Shown here one piece after another: positions 1 to 12,979 of a stretch of 20,000 nucleotides of DNA. A program made the translations under genes and the position numbers. This stretch comes from Elsinoe ampelina (Eukaryota). The DNA lies in assembly GCA_010093995.1 (NCBI GenBank), contig ML992507.1:116266-136265 (forward strand), read 5' to 3'. Below the pieces are notes generated by a model. It did no database searches. It saw only the letters and a program-made list of their open reading frames with translations, and was not told the DNA's origin. The number at the start of each line of letters is the position of its first letter. Positions within the stretch are counted from its first letter, which is position 1.

Positions 1-3000
1 GCTTGGCTGTTCTGGCGGGAGAATCGGCCGGGTTGTTGCTGTTGGGCGTAGTCGCTCATGCCGCCCATGGACATGAGGCGGTGTTGCTCTTGTTGTTGGT
101 CAGGGTAGCCGTGACTGAGGTGGGAATAGGTAGATTGGCGGTTGAGGGCGTTGAAAGGACCTGGTGATTGAGGAGGGCGAAATTGCATGTTGGTGCCCGG
201 CATGCCGGTCAGGATTGTGGAGGCTGGCTTGACGGACGAGTAGGTGCTGTGCATGTCGTCCATCTCGTAGCCACCATCTTGGTAAATGCCCTCCTTCTCG
301 GCGGGGACGTAGCCGCGACGACCGGGCAGGTTGTTGGCAGTCGCATAGTCGTCCCAGCGTTGGAGTGGAATGCTGCGAGGATCAAAGCCCTCATCATCGG
401 TAGCGACAACCTGTTTGGCGCCCTTCTCTCCGAGGACGACACGTGTGTTACCCCACGAGAAGTCATCCTGCTTCCAGAACGAGTAGATCGGAAGGACGAA
501 CGAGTAAATCGGGAAAGCCAAAATGTAGATGATCATCCATCCGATGTGTTGCCACTGCCTCTTGATGATAAAGATCAAGGCCTGAAGACCATACACAGCT
601 GCAATCATGATGATTGAGATGAGCGGGAATTGACCAGTGCCACTTGCGACGAGGTAGATCAGATATCCGAGATAGATACACGTAGCCGGGAGAATGATGG
701 TACCAAAGAGATCGATAAAGACGACGAATCTCATGGAGAAACAACAGAAACCGCAGAGATCCTTGAGGAAGACGAGTTCAGCCAAGTTGTGAATTGTCGA
801 ATTAATCCAGCGACGTCTTTGAGAAAGCAGGACAGACCAGGTCTCGGGGGCTGCAGTTTGTGCAAACGCATCCGGGATGAACTTGTAAGACATGTGTGGG
901 AAGTGCTTGGTCATCAATGTGGTGAGATATCTGTCTTCACCAAGAGACAAGAGATTCTTCTTGTGCAAGGTGTCGACGTTGATGTCAGCGTATTCCTTGA
1001 TGACTTGGTCCGAGATGATCAAGGGCTTGCCCTTGTCGGCAGTTCTCAATCTGTACATGCAGAAACTGGTACCATTAGCTGATTGACAACAAACGAGGAA
1101 CTTCTGAACTTACCATCCGGGCAAACAGGTAACGCTGCCGAACAAACTCTCAAAAGCCTTTGCTAAATGATGCGAGATGTAGTATTCGTAAACCTGAATC
1201 ATGGTCCACCAACTGCGCTCTTCGTTCTCCAGACTTGTTTCACCACAGATACCCGCGATCTTTGCATCGTTGGCGCATGAAGCAACCAGTCTGTTGAGGG
1301 AGTCTTCCTTGACCATGGTATCGGCATCCACCATCAGAAGGTATTCGTATAGCTCGGGATCAACGCCGATGATATTGTTGATCTGGTGGAACATCTCAAG
1401 CTCGAGCGGTGACATCGGTGATCGGTGATGGACGCGGTTGAGGAAGCTCATGAGCAAGATCTGAGAATCACGTTTACCACGATTACCAGGCTTGGACTTG
1501 CTCTGTTCCGATTCTTTTCCGACCTTGACAACCACAATGTAGGGCACGACGTTGCCCTCGTATTCGTATAGACCAGAGTAGACCTTGCCATAATTGAGCT
1601 GTTCGGATCCTTGGCCAACCGACTTGAATGGTAACGCTGGAGGGTCGATCTTAGGGTCGACGCCGAGAATGTCGAGCACAATCTTTGGGGTGGGACGGTC
1701 ATTGCCACCACCGACGATCATACCGTCGCAAATGACACAAATGAGCTTCCTCTTGTTATCGTAAGCAAGTGCCGTCAGAGAGTCAAGACCCTTTCTCAAG
1801 TGATCTTCACCTTCCGTGTAGGCGGGCACTTGACAGATGACGAACTTGTCCTGCATAGCTGGGCGACGTTTCGATCCGAGCTGAAGGGCAGCTAAGAACT
1901 TGATGAGGATGACGGCGCACAAAATGATGGTGAATGCGAGCAAAATGTAGTTATTGACCTGGCAGCGAGGAGTGTCTCGGAAGTCTGTCTTACCAGCGTA
2001 AAACGCATTTTGCATACAGGCCATGGCGTTGGTCCGGAAAGTACTGTTGGCGATCGTCCTCCATTGTTCTGTCACGTCTTGTCCTGCATTGCTCTGGAAC
2101 AATGCCTCGACATCATCGCCGAAGAAGCTGTACTGAGCAAGGTTGTTCATCAACTTCTTGGTGTAGAAGTAGTCGGTAAGATCGTAGATGTTGTTGTCAA
2201 TAATGACCCACATGTGCTGATTCTGGCGTCCGTCGGTCTGCACATCTTTGGTATCAACCACCAAATCACCCTTGTACATCTCGGCCATGCTTGGAAGGAA
2301 AGTGTCCTCGTACCACGTCAGGCTGGAGAGCTTGGAACGCGGGTCGGTGTTTCTGGAACCAGAGACGTGCTCGCCTTGCGGGTACAAGAGAGTATTGTTT
2401 GGTTGCAGGTAGGTAGTTTCGGCAGAGACGAGACCTTGGCATGCTCGGATAAGAGGTGGACGAATGTATGGACTGACATCAAGACCGGCGAATGGCAGCA
2501 TGTTGTCAGTGGTCGTCTGAACAGAAGTGTCACTGTGTTGGGTACGCCAGAATTTCGTCAGGTCGTAAACCTTGCCGCCGTGGCTGACCCAGTAGTCTTC
2601 CTCTCCCTGATGATAAGAAAGCTCGGTTGCTGTCCAAGCCTTGTCCCAATTCGGGCAGATGAGTTTGCCAAAGGCTACGATGTAGAAGACGACGATACCG
2701 TTGAGCAGAGCAATCAAGAAGATGAGAACGATCTTCTCGCGCCACGCCATACGAACATCAGGTCGCTTCATGCGACCGACAAAGCGGAGAACAAAAGACG
2801 GGGCCCAGAAGGTCAGAGCCCACACGACGGCGACCCAAGCACGACGGCCGAATGTGATCGGCTCTTCGGTGATGGTGCGTGGCTCGTTCATCTCTGGATC
2901 AAGCTCGCCATAGTAAGTGATAGCGTTACGCTTATCATCACCCTTTGTACCGAGACCGTAGTCACCAGGAACTGCGCTGCGCATGGTCTTTGCCTGTGTT

Positions 3001-5033
3001 GGAGCGAGTGACCTAGCACCGAACTGACTACGCCCGGCCATGCTTTGCGAACGATCGAGAAGATTGGCAGAGCTACCGTTCATGTTGTCATTGAAAGGCG
3101 ATTGGAAGAAGCTGTCGTCCATGTTCGGCGTGGGTGCTCCATATCCGTTGTCCATTGGTCCAAGAATACCAGCAGTGCCCACATCCATAGGCTTGAGGTC
3201 AAGCATCGATTCGGCTTCCCACCATGCTGATTCACGGATCCAGACGCGCTCGCTGCCAACAACAACGTCACCATTGCTCCAGCCTCGCTCCATGATCCAG
3301 CTTTCAACACCATCACGACCAGACTGGCACCCAAGTCTGGAGTATCGGTCGACAAACTCGTTGATGTCGAAATCGGCAGTGTAGTCGAGGTGCTTGTTGC
3401 GGTGATTGGCCCATTCGGCGAGACGCCAGGTGCGAATCTGGCTCGAGACTGAACCAGCGGACCACGGAATGGCCGTGGGGGCCAGACTGGCAAGAGTAGC
3501 AGGAGACTCATCGGTCGGGTGGAGGGAAAGATGGAACCAAAGGCGGCTCGAAGTGACCAGGGTTGGAAGACTGAACCGGCCAGTCCTTCCAAGGGAGATG
3601 CCCTGACCATCGATAGGATATAGGATACGCTTCAAGAACGATTCGCCATCAAGTTCGCTACCAATCTTTTCAAGTATACCCTCTCGTCTGTCAAGCTCGA
3701 CTTCCCTCTCTTTCGCAGCTGGGCTGCCAGTCATGCCGAGATCGAAGTCGTTGTCGGCGACTGCAGAGTTCATCTCGCGTGTAACAGAAGAGCCTGGCGC
3801 AACAACCTCGACACCGTCCTCTTTCATTTCGGCATTGATGCCGGTAGTATCGTCGAAAACTGTCCGCATTGCCAAGGCTCTGCAGAGGGAAGAAGAGGGA
3901 ATGTCGACCACTGTGATGCTGACCGAGTCTCCTTCCTCGGAGGTGGGTGGAGTGTTGGCTCCAGATCGGTCTTCATCACTTGACGAGGAAGAGCCAACGA
4001 AACGACCATTCCTGATCTCACTGCGGATAGCATCATTTGCCTTTGAAATGACCCAATCAACAGTGGCCTCATAGATGGCACCAATCAAGATCTCCCGTTC
4101 AGCAGTATCGCATTTCTTGATGAGGACTTCCGGATCAAGGTCAAGTAGACCAGCGACTTCCTCGCAGGTGGTCACAAGATCATCCTCGTCGACAAGGAAA
4201 CCGAGAGCATCGCCCAGTTTCAGGATAGAGGCGAGGACAGTGAGTAGGTTCCGCAACGAAGACCCCTTGATTCCAATAGCTTTCAACGACTCTCTGAAGT
4301 CCTCGGCGGCTGCGGCGTCGTCTGCAGTTGGCAAGAACGAGGGAGGCTCGTAGGTGTCTGACTTTTTCAGAAGGGCATAAGTTGAGGGGTCTCGAAGCTC
4401 TAGGAATTCTCTCTCTGTGGCGGTAGCATTCTTGAGCAGGTAGTAGAAGACATCGAAGGCTCTGTATCCCGGTGCAGCAGGGATGTCAAGTAGACCAGCC
4501 TTGGTATCGATTCCACTCGTCGACAAGGCAAGTGATGCACCCGTCAGATCACCAGTAAGGGCCAGTGTGAGAGTCGCGGCGAGGGCTGAGTAACGATGGG
4601 TAGATGCGTTCTTTGGCGTGACGCAAGAGAAGAAGGGTCTGAGGGCGTTTAGAGCCGTGTAGAAGGTGCCTGGGACAGAGACGGGTACGGCCGAAACGAA
4701 TGGAGCCAGCAGAGAAGGAGTGGCATCATGAAGAGAGCCTAGAATGATACACCCGTCCTCCGCTCTTCTCCTCGCGTGTTCCCAAGCTCTTCTTGCAAGT
4801 TCTAGGTCGACTGTGCCTCCGATACGGCCATCTGGACCAGCGTTGAGTGCAGTGACCCATGTGTTGACGGCCACGCTGGCACTCGACTCCAAAGGGTATG
4901 GCTGACTCTGGTGAAAGCTAGTGTGAAGCGCGTTCAGCAATGTTGTTGTGGAAAGTTGTGTTGATGGCTGGTTTGCTGGACGAAGCGCTGATTGAGTCGA
5001 ATATACCGACATGCGGTTCTGATTTGCTGCCAT
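1..5033 (-). CDS. csmB: Class VII chitin synthase (GT2) with a short degenerate myosin motor-like domain and cytochrome b5-like domains; CsmB/ChsVb orthologue; 3' end lies outside the window. Exons 5033-1114 and 1065-<1
   Basis: The 1307-aa ORF has an N-terminal myosin-like region with no GESGxGKT P-loop, the motif [14 protein letters not shown], cyt-b5-like segments ([15 protein letters not shown]) and chitin synthase motifs ([40 protein letters not shown]). Removing intron 1113-1066 gives [19 protein letters not shown]. Exon 2, translated by hand, contains [14 protein letters not shown] (807-821), transmembrane helices and DDFSWGNTR, and stays open to base 1. Confidence 0.96.
1066..1113 (-). 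other. Spliceosomal intron (48 nt) of the class VII chitin synthase
   Basis: On the minus strand: donor GTAAGT at 1113-1108, branch GCTAAT at 1079-1074, acceptor CAG ending at 1066. Splicing restores the conserved CLPGCF motif (TG|T). Confidence 0.95.
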
Positions 5034-6640
5034 GGTGGGCCGAGAACTATGCCCAAGTGGGCTTTACGGATGTCGTGAAGCAGTCAGACAGTCGAATAAT
5101 GTGATTGTTGAGCGGTAGTAGATGAGGTTGCCGTAAACCGTTGGCGTCTCCTGAAGATTTTGTCCTGTCAACAGAGGACGTGATTGGGTCGTGAAAAAGC
5201 GAAAGACTGTTATTATAAGCGATAGTGAGACGGCAAAAGGTACAGAAACGACAGCGAGCTGCAAAAACACAAGCACGCCTCGATAGAGAGAAGATTTGGG
5301 TCGGAAGTGGAGCTGGGTGAGAAGGGCTGATGGTATGGCGGGAGGGTGGAAGTGTGTTTCCTTGGGCCACTTGCTTGGGAGTTTTTGGCTCAGACACAAC
5401 CCTTGGGCTTGAGGCCCTTGCCAATTCGGGAAAGGCGCCGTTGCCGTCCGAGCAGAGCTGCGTTTCCCTCGAACACGCCAAACTACTCGATCTCGTGAGA
5501 CACACGATTGATCGGTTGACAAAGACATGTCACAATTTTAAGCATTGTACTGACAGACGCCTCTTTCACAAACCTGACCTGCTTCATCACAGAGTCTTGT
5601 GGTATAGCACCACGATTGGGAAGAGAATTCATGTTGAATGCCGAGCCAGCCTTGTACGAGGGGACGAACGAGATTGGCCACTGCACTAAATTTGGCCTTG
5701 CAGATCTACCAATAAAGTGATACCTCCATGACTGGAAATCTCGCGGAAGGACTCCACGGCGGGCGATCATGGAGAGAAGATCCCCCATGAACCTCGTGTG
5801 CATTACGAGGTGGCCCAAAATGTTCATGTCCACTCCCATCAAGATCCGTAACACGGCTCGGACAAGCATCATAGACGCATCTCCAATAACTACTTCCTCC
5901 AGCCCACTGCGAGATGCATCCGTCAGCAACAAAAAGGATGGCTCTGTTTCGTTGCTCCAGTGTGTACATCCCTGCATGATCGGCGTTAGCGCGATGAAGC
6001 CGAATCACTCTCAAACAACAAAACAATGTTTTTCAGCGAAGAAAGCCATGCCGTCCTCACCCGTGTCTTGCATCCAGGAAAACGTCTTCCACGCCCATGT
6101 CATCGAACGAACTGCACGTCTGACCGCTGAGACAAAGATTGCACGGAACCGCAGCAAAAGGACGCGAGAGTTCTTCTGGTTCCTCCCCTTGTTGAGGCTC
6201 AGTTTTCAGCGAGTCTGTGGGCGGCGGGTCGTTAGCTCGCCGATCATCCCGTCGCGTGTACACAGACCACTTCTCTCCTTCAACTCACCCTCACCACCCG
6301 CGCTTCCTGACATCTTTTGCCTGTGCTGGAGAGTTTCACAAAACATTGTCCTTTCTGACATTCACCATACTGGTGCCTCACGGTCGTTTCTAGAGGTTGC
6401 CGCACACTACCTCATTTGACTCTACATCGCTTTAATATCTTTTTAATACTCGATTTCAGTCGCTTCGGATACGGCAAGGCTTTGTTGTGAGCAATACGAG
6501 CCCGGTTCAGGGACACTGGAAAAGATCATCGGATCTCCACATCGCCTCGACACTCTGCAATAGCGACGACAAAAGTATCTCTTACATCTGGAGACACATT
6601 CTCAACCCTTTCTGAAGTTCAACTTCAATAGTCCGGCCAA
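5034..6640. promoter_or_regulatory. Shared divergent promoter and 5' UTR region (1607 nt) between the two chitin synthase genes
   Basis: The start codons at 5033 (-) and 6641 (+) point away from each other. Pyrimidine-rich tracts face each gene: about 6268-6320 on plus and about 5350-5285 on minus. The head-to-head layout is established for csmA/csmB in Aspergillus and chsV/chsVb in Fusarium. Individual binding sites cannot be assigned. Confidence 0.75.
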
Positions 6641-9600
6641 ATGGCCACCCACACACAGGCTTCTCTGCCGGCTCTGCCACAGCATCTTCTGAATGAGAGA
6701 GACATTGCTTCTCATCTCGCCAGTCGCTATCATGTACAAGCACCTGTCTCCCAATTGTCATCCCAGGCCATTGTGAGCATCAATACTTTCACGAGCTCGG
6801 CACAAGGTCCGAATGGCCAAAAGGAAGGGAGTGCCATGGGCGCTGCCGAAGAGCTAGCATCAAGAATATGGACAAGACTGGGGGCACGACAGGAGAATCA
6901 AGCTGTCGTATTTCTGTAGGGACAATCACAATCAGGTCTATTCGGACACGCCTGCTAACAGATACCATAGTGGTGAGTCGGGTTCCGGCAAGACAACTAT
7001 TCGGGCACATCTCTTGGCCTCTCTGCTGGGCTACACATCCTCTCCCCTCTCCAAGAAGCTTTCCTACGCCTCATTCGTCTTCGATGCCCTCACCACAACC
7101 AAGTCTGCAACCACCCCAACAGCTTCCAAGGCTGGTCTGTACTATGAGCTACAATATGACACATCGTCTACTCTCCACCCGACCCTGATCGGTGCTAAGA
7201 TGTTGGATCACAGACTTGAGAGGAGCAGAGTTGCGTCTGTACCACCTGGGGAGAGAACGTTTCACGTTCTTTACTACCTACTGGCCGGTACCAGTGCAGC
7301 CGAAAAGGCTCATTTGGGCCTTGACATGGTAGCATCTGGCCAGGCTGGAAACCGACAGTCTGTTGCTGGAAATCGCCGTTGGAGATATCTCGGACATCCC
7401 AGTCAACTCAAGGTCGGCATCAATGATGCTGAGAGCTTCAACCACTTCAAGACAGCCCTACGCAAGCTTGAAATTCCCCGAGAAGAGATTGCTCGCATGT
7501 GCGAACTCCTTGCAGCCATTCTCCACATTGGACAACTCGAGTTCACCACCACACAGTCCACGACTCCAGCGGCCGACGAGAGTGGAGGCTATTCCCACGA
7601 AGGAGGCGAGGATGTCACCACAGTCAAGAACAAGGAGGTATTGTCGATCGTGGCAGCCTTTTTGGGCGTCGGAGAGAAGCAGCTTGAAGAAAGCTTGGGA
7701 TACAGGACAAAGACCCTGCATCGTGAGCGCGTGACTGTCATGCTTGACCCCAAGGGCGCCCGCGAAAACGCCGACGAGCTGGCCAGAACGCTCTACACTC
7801 TACTGGTCGCCTGGATCATGGAACAGATCAATCAGAAGATCTGCGCAGTGGAGGACAACATTGCCAACACCATCTCCATCGTCGACTTTCCCGGCTTTTC
7901 CGCCAGTTCCTCTACTGGCTCTACACTCGATCAGTTGCTCAACAACGCAGCCACCGAGACACTGTACCACTTTGCGTTGCAAAGCTTCTTCGAGCGCAAC
8001 ACTGATCTCCTCGAGTCTGAAGAGATCCAAGTTCCAGCTTCAAGTTACTTTGACAACTCGGATGCCGTCAAGGGTCTTCTTAAGCCCGGCAATGGTCTCC
8101 TCAGCATCATGGACGACCAGATGCGCAGAGGCAAGACTGACACTCAATTCTTGGAAAGCATTCGCAAGAGGTTCCACGACAAGAACACTGCTATCGATGT
8201 TGGGAGCGCAACCACTACTCTGCCTGGTAGCAATTTCGCAACTCATAACTCTGCCGCATCTTTCACCGTCAAGCACTACGCTGGAGAAGTCGAGTATCCC
8301 GTGGAGGGTCTCCTCGAAGCTAATGGAGACGTAATTTCGGGTGATCTGATGAACCTCATGACCCAGACTACCAATCCCTTTATTTCCGAGCTTTTCGGCT
8401 CAGAGGCTCTCAACAAGGTTGTCCATCCTAAGGAGCGCACAGCTGTCGTTCAGGCATCTGTGTCTTCAAAGCCCGCTAGAATGCCTAGCATGGCGAAGAG
8501 GAATGGTAGGCCCGCTCGCTTCGGTACGCGCAGAGGCGAGGACGATGACGACAGTCCGGAGCCCACAATTCGGAACGTCTCTCGCTCCGGCAAACCAGAC
8601 TCGTGGCAACAGCAAGGCGCCGCTGCCCAGTTCCTGTCCAGTCTCGAGGCAATCAACAAGTCTCTGACGTCGCCAAACACGAATCCATACTTCGTCTTCT
8701 GTATCAAACCAAACGATCGACGTATCGCCAATCAGTTCGACAGCCGGTCTGTCTCGACTCAACTTGCTACACTTGGTATTCCTGAGATTGCACAACGCAT
8801 TCGCAATGCTGATTACAACATTTTCCTCCCCTTCAACGAGTTTTTGGGTCTGGCCGAAGGCGAGACATCCATCGTTGGCAGTCAACGAGAAAAGGCCGAA
8901 GCCATCGTTGAAGACAAGAGCTGGCCAAGCAATGAAGCTAGAGTGGGTACAACAGGTGTATTCTTGAGCGAGCGATGCTGGAGACAAATTGCAAGTGTTG
9001 GAGATCTCGGACCCACTCCTTTCGGTGACGAGTCACCATATGTCGACCAGACTCCTGGGGGGCTCCCGTACAGCGACTCCAAGGCTCATCTTTTGGGTAC
9101 ACCCCGCCCGGGATCGCCTGGATTTTACCACGATGAGAAGCCATCGAGCTACTTCGGCAGCAAGGAAGTGGACGCAAGATCTGAAGCCGGAGCCTCTGCT
9201 TTCCGAGAAGGGGATATGTTCCGCAACCTCGAAACCCGCGCCGAACTTGCTGAGAAGGGTAACGACAACAACATGGCTGCTATCGACGAGCGACCAACCA
9301 CTGGCAAGCGCAAGAGATGGCTTGGTGTTGTTTGGTTCATGACCTGGTGGTTGCCAGATTTCGTCATCCGGATCGTTGGCAGGATGCCCCGAAAGGATAT
9401 CCGCACTGCTTGGAGGGAGAAACTTGCCATCAATATGCTCATCTGGCTCAGTTGCTTGTCGGTTGTGTTCATCATGGGTATGTCAATCTCGTCCTCGTCG
9501 AGGCCGTCCTCACTAACCTCTCATAGTCGGCTTTCCTCTTCTTATTTGCCCCACTCAAAACGTCTTCACCGAGCAAGAATTGTCCAGCCATGACGGCAAA

Positions 9601-12282
9601 GATGGCAGATCATCTTACGCCGCCATTCGTGGAGTGGTTTACGATCTTGGAGCTTTCATTCCTGTCCATTATCCACCAATTGTTCCCGCGACCGCTCTGG
9701 AGAAGTATGCTGGCCTTGATGCAACCAACCTCTTTCCCGTCCAGGTCTCTGCCATGTGCCAACTTCCTGACGGCAGCGACATTCCCCCATCGGTTCAGCT
9801 CAACTACCGGAATACCAACTACACCGCCGCTTCTATCACCACCGCTGGCAATGATCCCAATGCCAAATATCATGACTTCCGATGGGCAACCAATGACTCT
9901 CGCCCGGCTTGGTTTATGGAGCAAATGATTTACCTCAATGCAAACTACAAGAAGGGACACATTGGATACTCAAGACAGTACGTTGAGACTCTGGCTTCCA
10001 AGCGCAACCAGATCGCGATTCTCAACGGCCGTGTATATGACTTCACCGAGTACATTGTCGGTGGTCGGCGGACCGAATACCCTCCGGGCACTGATGCTCC
10101 TGCGGAAACTCCCAGCACAGATTTTGTTGATCGAAACGTTGTTCAACTCTTCCAGCAGAAGACTGGTCAAGACGTCAGCGAGGACTGGCTTCGTCTCCCT
10201 CTCGATGCGCAAGCCAAACAGCGATCGCTCAACTGCATGGACATGCTCTTCTACGTTGGACAAGTAGATACTCGTAATTCTGCGAGGTGTTTGTTCGCCA
10301 CCTACTTCCTTCTGGCCATCTCGCTTCTGCTGGTATCCGTCATTGGTTTCAAATTCTTTGCAGCCTTACAATTTGGAAAGAAGAACATGCCCGAGAATCT
10401 CGACAAGTTCGTCATCTGCACCGTTCCAGCCTATACCGAGGACGAGGATTCTCTCCGCCGTGCCATTGATTCCGCTGCCCGTATGAGGTACGACGACAAG
10501 CGCAAACTTCTTATGATTGTCTGCGACGGTATGATTATTGGTCAAGGCAACGACAGGCCGACACCGCGCATCGTTTTGGACATTCTAGGAGTGCCCGAGA
10601 CAGTCGATCCAGAGCCCCTCAGCTTTGAATCTCTCGGCGAGGGCCAGAAGCAGCACAACATGGGCAAGATTTACTCTGGTCTCTATGAGGTTCAAGGTCA
10701 CATCGTACCATTCATGGTCATTGTCAAGGTCGGCAAACCATCTGAAGTCTCTCGCCCAGGTAATCGAGGCAAGCGAGACTCGCAGATGATCCTCATGCGT
10801 TTCTTGAACCGCGTCCACTACAACCTCCCTATGGCTCCCATGGAACTGGAAATGCATCATCACATTCGCAACATCATTGGAGTCAACCCAACATTCTACG
10901 AGTTCTTGCTGCAAATTGATGCCGATACGGTCGTCGCTCCTGATTCAGCCACTCGCATGATCGCAGCTTTCCTTCACGATACTCGCCTCATCGGCGTCTG
11001 CGGAGAAACGGCCTTGACCAATGCCAAATCGTCCATGACCACGATGATGCAAGTGTACGAGTACTACATTTCGCACAACTTGACCAAGGCTTTCGAATCA
11101 CTCTTTGGATCCGTCACTTGTCTTCCAGGCTGTTTCTCCATGTACCGCATTCGCGCTTCGGATACTGGCAAGCCTCTCTTTGTGTCCAAGGAAGTTGTCG
11201 AAGATTACGCCGAGATTCGTGTGGATACGCTTCACATGAAGAATTTGCTTCACTTGGGTGAGGATCGTTACTTGACGACTCTCTTGCTCAAATACCACTC
11301 CAAGTACAAGACAAAGTACATTTTCCGAGCCCATGCCTGGACTATTGCTCCGGATAGCTGGACCGTCTTCTTGTCGCAACGTCGTCGATGGATCAACTCT
11401 ACTGTGCACAACCTCATCGAGCTGATGCCGTTGGCCCAGCTTTGTGGTTTCTGTTGTTTCAGTATGCGCTTCATCGTTTTCCTCGACTTGCTATCCACGA
11501 TTGTTCAGCCTGTCATTGTCGGTTACATCGTTTATCTCATCGTCATGGTCATCCGTAATCCATCAGTGGTACCGGTCACGGCCTTTATCATGCTGGGTGC
11601 CATCTATGGTCTGCAAGCCATCATCTTTATCCTTCGCCGTAAGTGGGAGATGATTGGATGGATGATCATCTACATCCTGGCCACACCAGTCTTCGCCATG
11701 GCACTGCCTCTGTACGCTTTCTGGCACATGGACGATTTCTCCTGGGGTAACACGCGTCTTGTCACTGGCGACAAGGGTCAACAGATCGTCGTGTCTGACG
11801 AGGGCAAATTCGACCCGAACTCGATTCCAAAGAAGAAGTGGGAGGAGTACCAGACCGAGCTGTGGGATGCTCAGACATCGCGCGACGACCAGTCCATGGT
11901 CTCGGGCGTTACCTACACCAGCAAATCTTATCACCCCACTGCATCTGTCTACGAAGTGCCAGCTAGCCGGCCAATGTCGCAGCTCGGCATACCATTCATG
12001 CCAAACTCGACATCCAGACAGAGTCTCATGTCGGATCACGGCGGCATGCACCGACAAAGCTCGGCTACTGATCTTGAGATGAGCCACATGAGCATTCAAG
12101 GACTGCCCAGTGACGACCAGCTTCTGGCCGAAATTAGAGACGTGCTTTCGCAGGCAGATCTCATGACTATCACCAAGAAGATTGTCAAGCAAGAATTGGA
12201 GAGACGTTTCGCGATGAACCTGGATGCGAAGAAGGCGTATATCAACAGTGCCACGGAAGCGGTGCTTAGTGGTAATCTGTGA
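6641..12282 (+). CDS. csmA: Class V chitin synthase (GT2) with N-terminal myosin motor domain, cytochrome b5-like domains and C-terminal DEK_C domain; CsmA/ChsV orthologue. Exons 6641-6915, 6971-9477 and 9527-12282 (5538 nt, 1845 aa)
   Basis: Two introns join the ORFs 6641-6919, 7014-9593 and 9580-12282 in frame. Myosin motifs: P-loop GESGSGKT (6972-6995), switch-I-like [16 protein letters not shown], switch-II-like [17 protein letters not shown] and CIKPND. Chitin synthase motifs: [22 protein letters not shown] and QRRRW (11377-11391). The tail [26 protein letters not shown] is DEK_C-like. Confidence 0.97.
6916..6970 (+). other. Intron 1 (55 nt) of the class V chitin synthase
   Basis: Donor GTAGGG at 6916, branch GCTAAC at 6954-6959, acceptor TAG ending at 6970. 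Splicing gives [13 protein letters not shown] in frame. Confidence 0.92.
9478..9526 (+). other. Intron 2 (49 nt) of the class V chitin synthase
   Basis: Donor GTATGT at 9478, branch ACTAAC at 9512-9517, acceptor TAG ending at 9526. Splicing gives [14 protein letters not shown], matching [13 protein letters not shown] in the class VII paralogue. Confidence 0.95.
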
Positions 12283-12934
12283 GGGGAGGGAGAATTGAAG
12301 AGGGCATTGAGAAGTGAGCGTATGTACATTTGGCGTTGATGGGATCTGCTTGAGAAAAGGGACACAGATTGGGTAGCGGGGATTTCTCTCTCCTCGTCAT
12401 GGTAATAACGATGTCTATGGTGCAGCATTTTTTGGCAGTCTTGAAAATCGCAATTGTGTGTATATACCTCACGCGATTATTCCACGTGACCTGTTTGAAT
12501 GGCTCTGTTCCTGCATCATGCATGCGGACGCACAAGCGTTGATTACAAGCTCTCCTGCATGCGACCAGGTCGGCCTTCACAATTTCGCCTTTTGTAAATA
12601 GTTAGGCCGCGACGCATGCTTCTGGAAAAAATGCACTGATAACCTTGCATCTAAATCTGGCCATGGCTGTCATTCCATTTGTGGTTCTGCTGCGCGTCCG
12701 ACACCAAGAAACTTTGCGCTTGTCTCGCTTCAGCTTACATAAATAAGTAAAGATGCAACACAAACATCTCTTTTCCATCAAACAGAGGGCAGTAAGGCAT
12801 ACAGTAAGTACAGCTGACACATGTTCGTGTATCTCCAACCAGCCAACCATGAAGTGCCGCGCGATTCCCCCTGCATACACCTCGCGTCGCACACAACCGC
12901 GCTGTTCACCGTTACGCTAACCTTTGCATCCTTT

Positions 12935-12979
12935 GCCCTCGCCTCTAGCCCTCGCCTCTAGCCCTCGCCTCTAGCCCTC
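12935..12979 (+). repeat. Perfect tandem repeat of GCCCTCGCCTCTA (13 nt), about 3.5 copies
   Basis: Identical units at 12935-12947, 12948-12960 and 12961-12973, plus a partial GCCCTC at 12974-12979. It ends about 155 nt upstream of the GT90 start codon. Confidence 0.95.

Noticed and set aside
1110..1115. Apparent premature stop truncating the class VII chitin synthase before QRRRW, suggesting a pseudogene
   Set aside because: The TAA is part of the GTAAGT donor, and splicing restores the frame and all catalytic motifs.
2010..3011. 333-aa plus-strand ORF, along with other long antisense ORFs (168-617, 630-1082, 8466-8987, 11563-12192)
   Set aside because: These are antisense shadows of the chitin synthase coding frames caused by codon bias, with no recognisable motifs.
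5686..5695. CTAAATTTGG resembling an Rlm1/MADS-box site in the chitin synthase promoter
   Set aside because: It mismatches the CTA(A/T)4TAG consensus and occurs once, so it is not distinguishable from chance without conservation data.
5047..6419. Several 100-216 aa ORFs in the divergent promoter region (e.g. 5769-6419, 5483-5977, 5064-5528)
   Set aside because: They overlap in many frames and show no domain-like motifs or coding-like composition. They are probably chance ORFs, although a uORF role cannot be excluded without transcript data.
6641..12282. Three separate ORFs that could be read as a split myosin gene plus a chitin synthase gene, or as frameshifts
   Set aside because: Two short GT-AG introns with good branch sites join them into one 1845-aa class V protein.
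12935..12979. Repeat array considered as CRISPR-like
   Set aside because: The units are adjacent 13-mers with no spacers, in a eukaryotic context with no cas genes.
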